Source of the DNA: Caldisericaceae bacterium
Lineage (GTDB): Bacteria; Caldisericota; Caldisericia; Caldisericales; Caldisericaceae
DNA: 27,139 bases
Direction of reading: 5' to 3'
Assembly (NCBI GenBank): GCA_026987225.1
Contig: JALSNB010000300.1
Coordinates: forward strand, 1 to 27,139
In this document: in pieces, positions 24,040 to 27,139 of the stretch
Layout of the letters: each line of letters opens with the position of its first letter
How positions within the stretch are numbered: position 1 is the stretch's first letter
Translations under genes and position numbers: made by a program
Notes under the pieces: model-generated
Database searches by the model: none
The model's input: only the letters and a program-made list of their open reading frames with translations
What the model was told of the DNA's origin: nothing

Positions 24040-25350
24040 ATGAGAATTGGATTTTTTGACGGTGTAAGAGAAATTGGCGGAAATAAAATTTTGATAGAAC
24101 AGAATGGAAAAGGCATACTGCTTGATTTCGGAAAGCGGTTTGCCGTGAATAATACGTATTTTAACGATTATTTGAGCGGTAGGGAATGGAACGGGCCCAA
24201 TGACTATATCTTAACAGGTGAATTGCCACCTTTTAAAAATTTTTACAGAGGTGAAGTTTCACCGAATAGTGTGAATGAATTGGATGTGGAAATAAAAGGC
24301 GTGTTTTTCTCTCATGCTCATCTTGATCATATAGGACTTATCGATTTTATCGGAGATAATATTCCAAAGTACATGAGCGGTTATTCCGAAAAGGTTGTTG
24401 AATTCTTTAACGAAAAGGGCACTATAAAGCCTGTCAAGAATGTGAAGGTTTTTGATTCTCCGCTTGAAGTTGCGGGTTTTACTGTAAGGCCTATCCCTAC
24501 CGATCATGATATTCCGGGTTCTTTTGCAACGGAAATAGAGACGGAAAAAGGTTCTATATTTTATACGGGTGATATCTTTTTCCATGGTAGGTTTTCCGAA
24601 AAGTCAAAGGCTTTTGTCGAATATGCAAAAGAAAAGAAACCGTATATCTTAATTACGGAAGGAACGCGTTTCGGATGGGGCTTTGTAAGCTCTCCTACCG
24701 AGGGTGAATTAAAGGCACAAATCGTATCCGTACTTGATCAGTGCGGAGGCATTCTTTTTGGTAATCCGTATGAGCCGCATATCTCACGTATGTTTACGTT
24801 TTTTGAAATAGCGAAAGAAAAAGAAAGGGATTTTGTCGTGACGCTTCCGTATGCATTTGTCATAAAGAAATATTCCGAAATAGGCGATGCTCTTGCAGAT
24901 GAAATTTTGCATAGCGACAAGTTCTTTGTTTACAAACCGAAAAGGGCATTGAAGGATTGGGAAAACGAGTTTGAAGATAGGTTTATGGATAGCGATACCG
25001 TGATGAAAAATCAGAAAAATATTGTTATGTTGCTTGATTTTAAAAGTACCCCTGAACTTATAGATATAAAACCCGAGAAAGGTGCTATATATGTTCATTC
25101 CGGAGGTGAACCACTTGCCGGCCTTGATAACGAAAACATGAAAATCCTTTCTAACTGGTTAAATTTGTTTAATATTCCTTATTTTAGGATTCATTCACCC
25201 GGACATGCTCCCCAGCAAACGTTGCTCTGGATGGCGAGGGAAATAAGTCCGCAAATATTGCTTCCCATACATACGCAAATTCCCGAGAGATTTGAAATTG
25301 TGTCGGATAATGTTAAAATACTTGAAAGAGGTGTAATGTACGAATTCTAA
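24040..25350 (+). CDS. Metallo-beta-lactamase/beta-CASP ribonuclease (short RNase J-like)
   Basis: REIGGNKI, LLDFG, HAHLDH, DHDIPG, YTGD, ITEGT, SPGHA and LPIHT. All metal-binding and beta-CASP motifs are present; there is no C-terminal RNase J extension. Confidence 0.88.
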   Translation: MRIGFFDGVREIGGNKILIEQNGKGILLDFGKRFAVNNTYFNDYLSGREWNGPNDYILTGELPPFKNFYRGEVSPNSVNELDVEIKGVFFSHAHLDHIGLIDFIGDNIPKYMSGYSEKVVEFFNEKGTIKPVKNVKVFDSPLEVAGFTVRPIPTDHDIPGSFATEIETEKGSIFYTGDIFFHGRFSEKSKAFVEYAKEKKPYILITEGTRFGWGFVSSPTEGELKAQIVSVLDQCGGILFGNPYEPHISRMFTFFEIAKEKERDFVVTLPYAFVIKKYSEIGDALADEILHSDKFFVYKPKRALKDWENEFEDRFMDSDTVMKNQKNIVMLLDFKSTPELIDIKPEKGAIYVHSGGEPLAGLDNENMKILSNWLNLFNIPYFRIHSPGHAPQQTLLWMAREISPQILLPIHTQIPERFEIVSDNVKILERGVMYEF

Positions 25351-25366
25351 ATGAGGGAGGTAGAAA

Positions 25367-26833
25367 ATGGAAGAAAAGAAGGATCCGAATGGCAAGAATC
25401 AGGAAAATGAAGAACCTAAGAATCGTGAAGGTGAAAAAGAGAAAACAGAAGAATCTCTTCCAATAAAAACGCCCGTTCCGCCGGAAAAAGAGAAAAAAGA
25501 GGGAGAAGAAAAGAGATACTTGCTTTTCTTTGTATACGGCGAAAATACACCGATTGATAGAAGCGATACTTTTGATCTTATCGATCAGTTGAATAAAATT
25601 CCGACTCCGCCGGAGCAAACACGTATTGATATGGTGATACTTTCGGGCGGCGGGTATCCTCATCCTGCTTATCAAATGATAAACATAGTGCGTTCTAAGT
25701 GCAAAAAATTGAAGGCAATCATTCCGTTGTATGCGAAAAGCGCAGCGACTCTCATGGCGCTCGGTTCGGACGAGATAGTGATGGGAGCGCAGTCGGAACT
25801 CGGGCCGCTTGATATGCAGATGCAACACCCTTTGATCGAAAATCTTCACATATCGGCGCTTGAAGGATACTATCCGTTTTTGCAAATATACAGTAAGATA
25901 TCTACCGAGTTCTTTCCCATTGCCATGCAACTTGCAAATCAAATTATTCAGAATACTGCGATTAAGAGAGAAGATGCCGTTGATATTGCAATGAACACCG
26001 CAATAAACTATGTTGCTCCAATAGTATCTCAAATCAATCCTACAATCGTAAACATGTGCTACAGGGCATTGGCAACCGGAGAGGCGTATGCTTACAATTT
26101 TTTGTACAGGTACATGTTTAAAGATAAACCGGAAAATGAAAAAGTCCTTCTCGCTACGCAAACGGCGCATACGCTCGTGTGGGGGTTTCAAAATCACGGC
26201 CAGGTTATAACGAGAGAAGATGCAAAACTTTTGAATTTGTATGTTTCTTACGGAGAAAATTACGATATATTTGATATGATGTATGTGCTTACAAAAGAGA
26301 TGCTGAATATTTTGTCAACAAGCCAGGCGAGTAAAGCAATCAGGATTGTTTCCATGGAACAACTCAAGAGATTATTTAATATAGACTCTTATCTCGGTTA
26401 TATAATTTTTATAATGTATAAAGCTTATTCGCTTGTTAATCCGTTGAAAGAGAGTCTTGATAAAGTGACGGATCCGAAAAAAATTTCTCTTGCGATCAGG
26501 CAGGCGTTGAGCCAATCACTTACAACACTTCCCAAAATGCCGGAGGCGGAAAAGAATGATATAGCACAAGTTTCTCTTGCACTGCTCGAAGCAATTTTCC
26601 TAAAAAATTTCAAAGAAGAGAATGCATTGTATAAAGTGATTTTTGATAGAATATCGCGTGAAAAAGCATTTTCCAAGAGAGTTTCGGAGGTTATTGCCGG
26701 AAGAATTGTCCTTGCCGTTAAAGAATTGGCAGAAACAATAGAAGTGGAGATAGATAAAACGCCTCCTGAAGTAATCAGTAAGTATATTCTTCAAATACTT
26801 GCATTTTTACTTGTATATAATATAAAATTCTAA
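25367..26833 (+). CDS. SDH-family (SDH_sah/DUF114) ClpP-fold serine protease with charged N-terminal tail and C-terminal helical extension
   Basis: DMVILSGGG, PLYAKSAATLMALGSDEIVMG (Ser), ELGPLDMQ (Asp) and NHGQVITREDAKLLNL (His). GGGAGG RBS. Confidence 0.82.
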   Translation: MEEKKDPNGKNQENEEPKNREGEKEKTEESLPIKTPVPPEKEKKEGEEKRYLLFFVYGENTPIDRSDTFDLIDQLNKIPTPPEQTRIDMVILSGGGYPHPAYQMINIVRSKCKKLKAIIPLYAKSAATLMALGSDEIVMGAQSELGPLDMQMQHPLIENLHISALEGYYPFLQIYSKISTEFFPIAMQLANQIIQNTAIKREDAVDIAMNTAINYVAPIVSQINPTIVNMCYRALATGEAYAYNFLYRYMFKDKPENEKVLLATQTAHTLVWGFQNHGQVITREDAKLLNLYVSYGENYDIFDMMYVLTKEMLNILSTSQASKAIRIVSMEQLKRLFNIDSYLGYIIFIMYKAYSLVNPLKESLDKVTDPKKISLAIRQALSQSLTTLPKMPEAEKNDIAQVSLALLEAIFLKNFKEENALYKVIFDRISREKAFSKRVSEVIAGRIVLAVKELAETIEVEIDKTPPEVISKYILQILAFLLVYNIKF

Positions 26834-26843
26834 AGGGGGATAC

Positions 26844-27139
26844 ATGTGGAACGTTAGTAAACATACGCAAAAAGAAAATGACGATTATTTTACTGCAAGA
26901 GCTTCGGAGTGGGCTAACTACCCACTCTTTGTATTGCAGTCTTTTATACCTATTCTCTTTTACTTCACAAAATGGTGGTATCTCGTGATAGGTATCTATA
27001 TTCTTAATTTGTTATGGGTACCTTTCAGGTATAAGTTTGTAAATGTAAAACTGCTTGATTTCGGTTGGAAATTAAACAAGGCAAAATGGGTAATTCTTTT
27101 AGCGACAGGTGTGTTCCTTTTTTCAAAGAGGTTAATAGT
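26844..27139 (+). CDS. Small hydrophobic membrane protein, 3'-truncated (absent from the ORF track)
   Basis: AAAGGGGGA RBS then ATG 26844. My translation is open to the window end: MWNVSKHTQKENDDYFTARASEWANYPLFVLQSFIPILFYFTKWWYLVIGIYILNLLWVPFRYKFVNVKLLDFGWKLNKAKWVILLATGVFLFSKRLI..., with 2-3 hydrophobic segments. Confidence 0.7.
   Translation, partial: MWNVSKHTQKENDDYFTARASEWANYPLFVLQSFIPILFYFTKWWYLVIGIYILNLLWVPFRYKFVNVKLLDFGWKLNKAKWVILLATGVFLFSKRLI

Noticed and set aside
25351-25410. 19-aa ORF MREVENGRKEGSEWQESGK starting immediately after the MBL stop
   Set aside because: It is out of frame over the protease RBS and start, has no RBS of its own, and is expected by chance in purine-rich sequence. 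It cannot be fully excluded as a coupling element.
25313-26197. 294-aa antisense ORF opposite the SDH protease
   Set aside because: It lies almost entirely under a well-supported gene, has no recognisable motifs, and its Phe/Arg/Leu-rich composition mirrors the sense-strand codons. Treated as a shadow ORF.
627-26794. The remaining 60-160 aa ORFs nested in or opposite annotated genes
   Set aside because: All overlap motif-supported CDSs and show no motifs of their own.
1-27139. Mobile element, prophage or horizontally acquired island
   Set aside because: No integrase, transposase, terminal repeats or att-like duplication of the tRNA 3' end was seen, and there is no obvious compositional break by eye. 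GC and codon usage were not computed.

Overview
AT-rich, gene-dense chromosomal window from what looks like an anaerobic bacterium, possibly thermophilic given the Lys/Glu-rich proteins. No lineage can be assigned from the sequence alone. I see no CRISPR array, transposase, integrase, prophage gene or rRNA. Left to right: a 5'-truncated comEC; polA-coaE-(Fe-S PD-(D/E)XK nuclease); a GH114/PelA-like glycoside hydrolase coupled to yigZ; a DUF59-NifX-like fusion; ftsB/divIC-S1(yabR-like)-tRNA-Met; a four-gene ion transport operon (CPA2, CBS, CPA2, ArsB/NhaD-type); an unassignable 855-aa signal-peptide plus multi-TM protein; ferredoxin with a four-subunit 2-oxoacid:ferredoxin oxidoreductase (gamma-delta-alpha-beta); a packed nifX-like-mtnP-rhomboid-nuclease-amidinotransferase operon; an orphan GlpA-like FAD/[2Fe-2S] oxidoreductase; and a divergent operon of a beta-CASP ribonuclease, an SDH-family ClpP-fold protease with an extra C-terminal domain and a 3'-truncated membrane protein. 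Most of it is housekeeping or metabolic. The least explained items are (i) the nuclease-protease-membrane operon at the right end, (ii) the 855-aa membrane protein, (iii) five clear sigma70-type promoters that all have a 16-nt spacer, (iv) three or four genes that look leaderless, (v) a tRNA-Met with two A-C stem mismatches, and (vi) the DUF59-NifX fusion. All functional proposals for these are hypotheses. No database searches were run.
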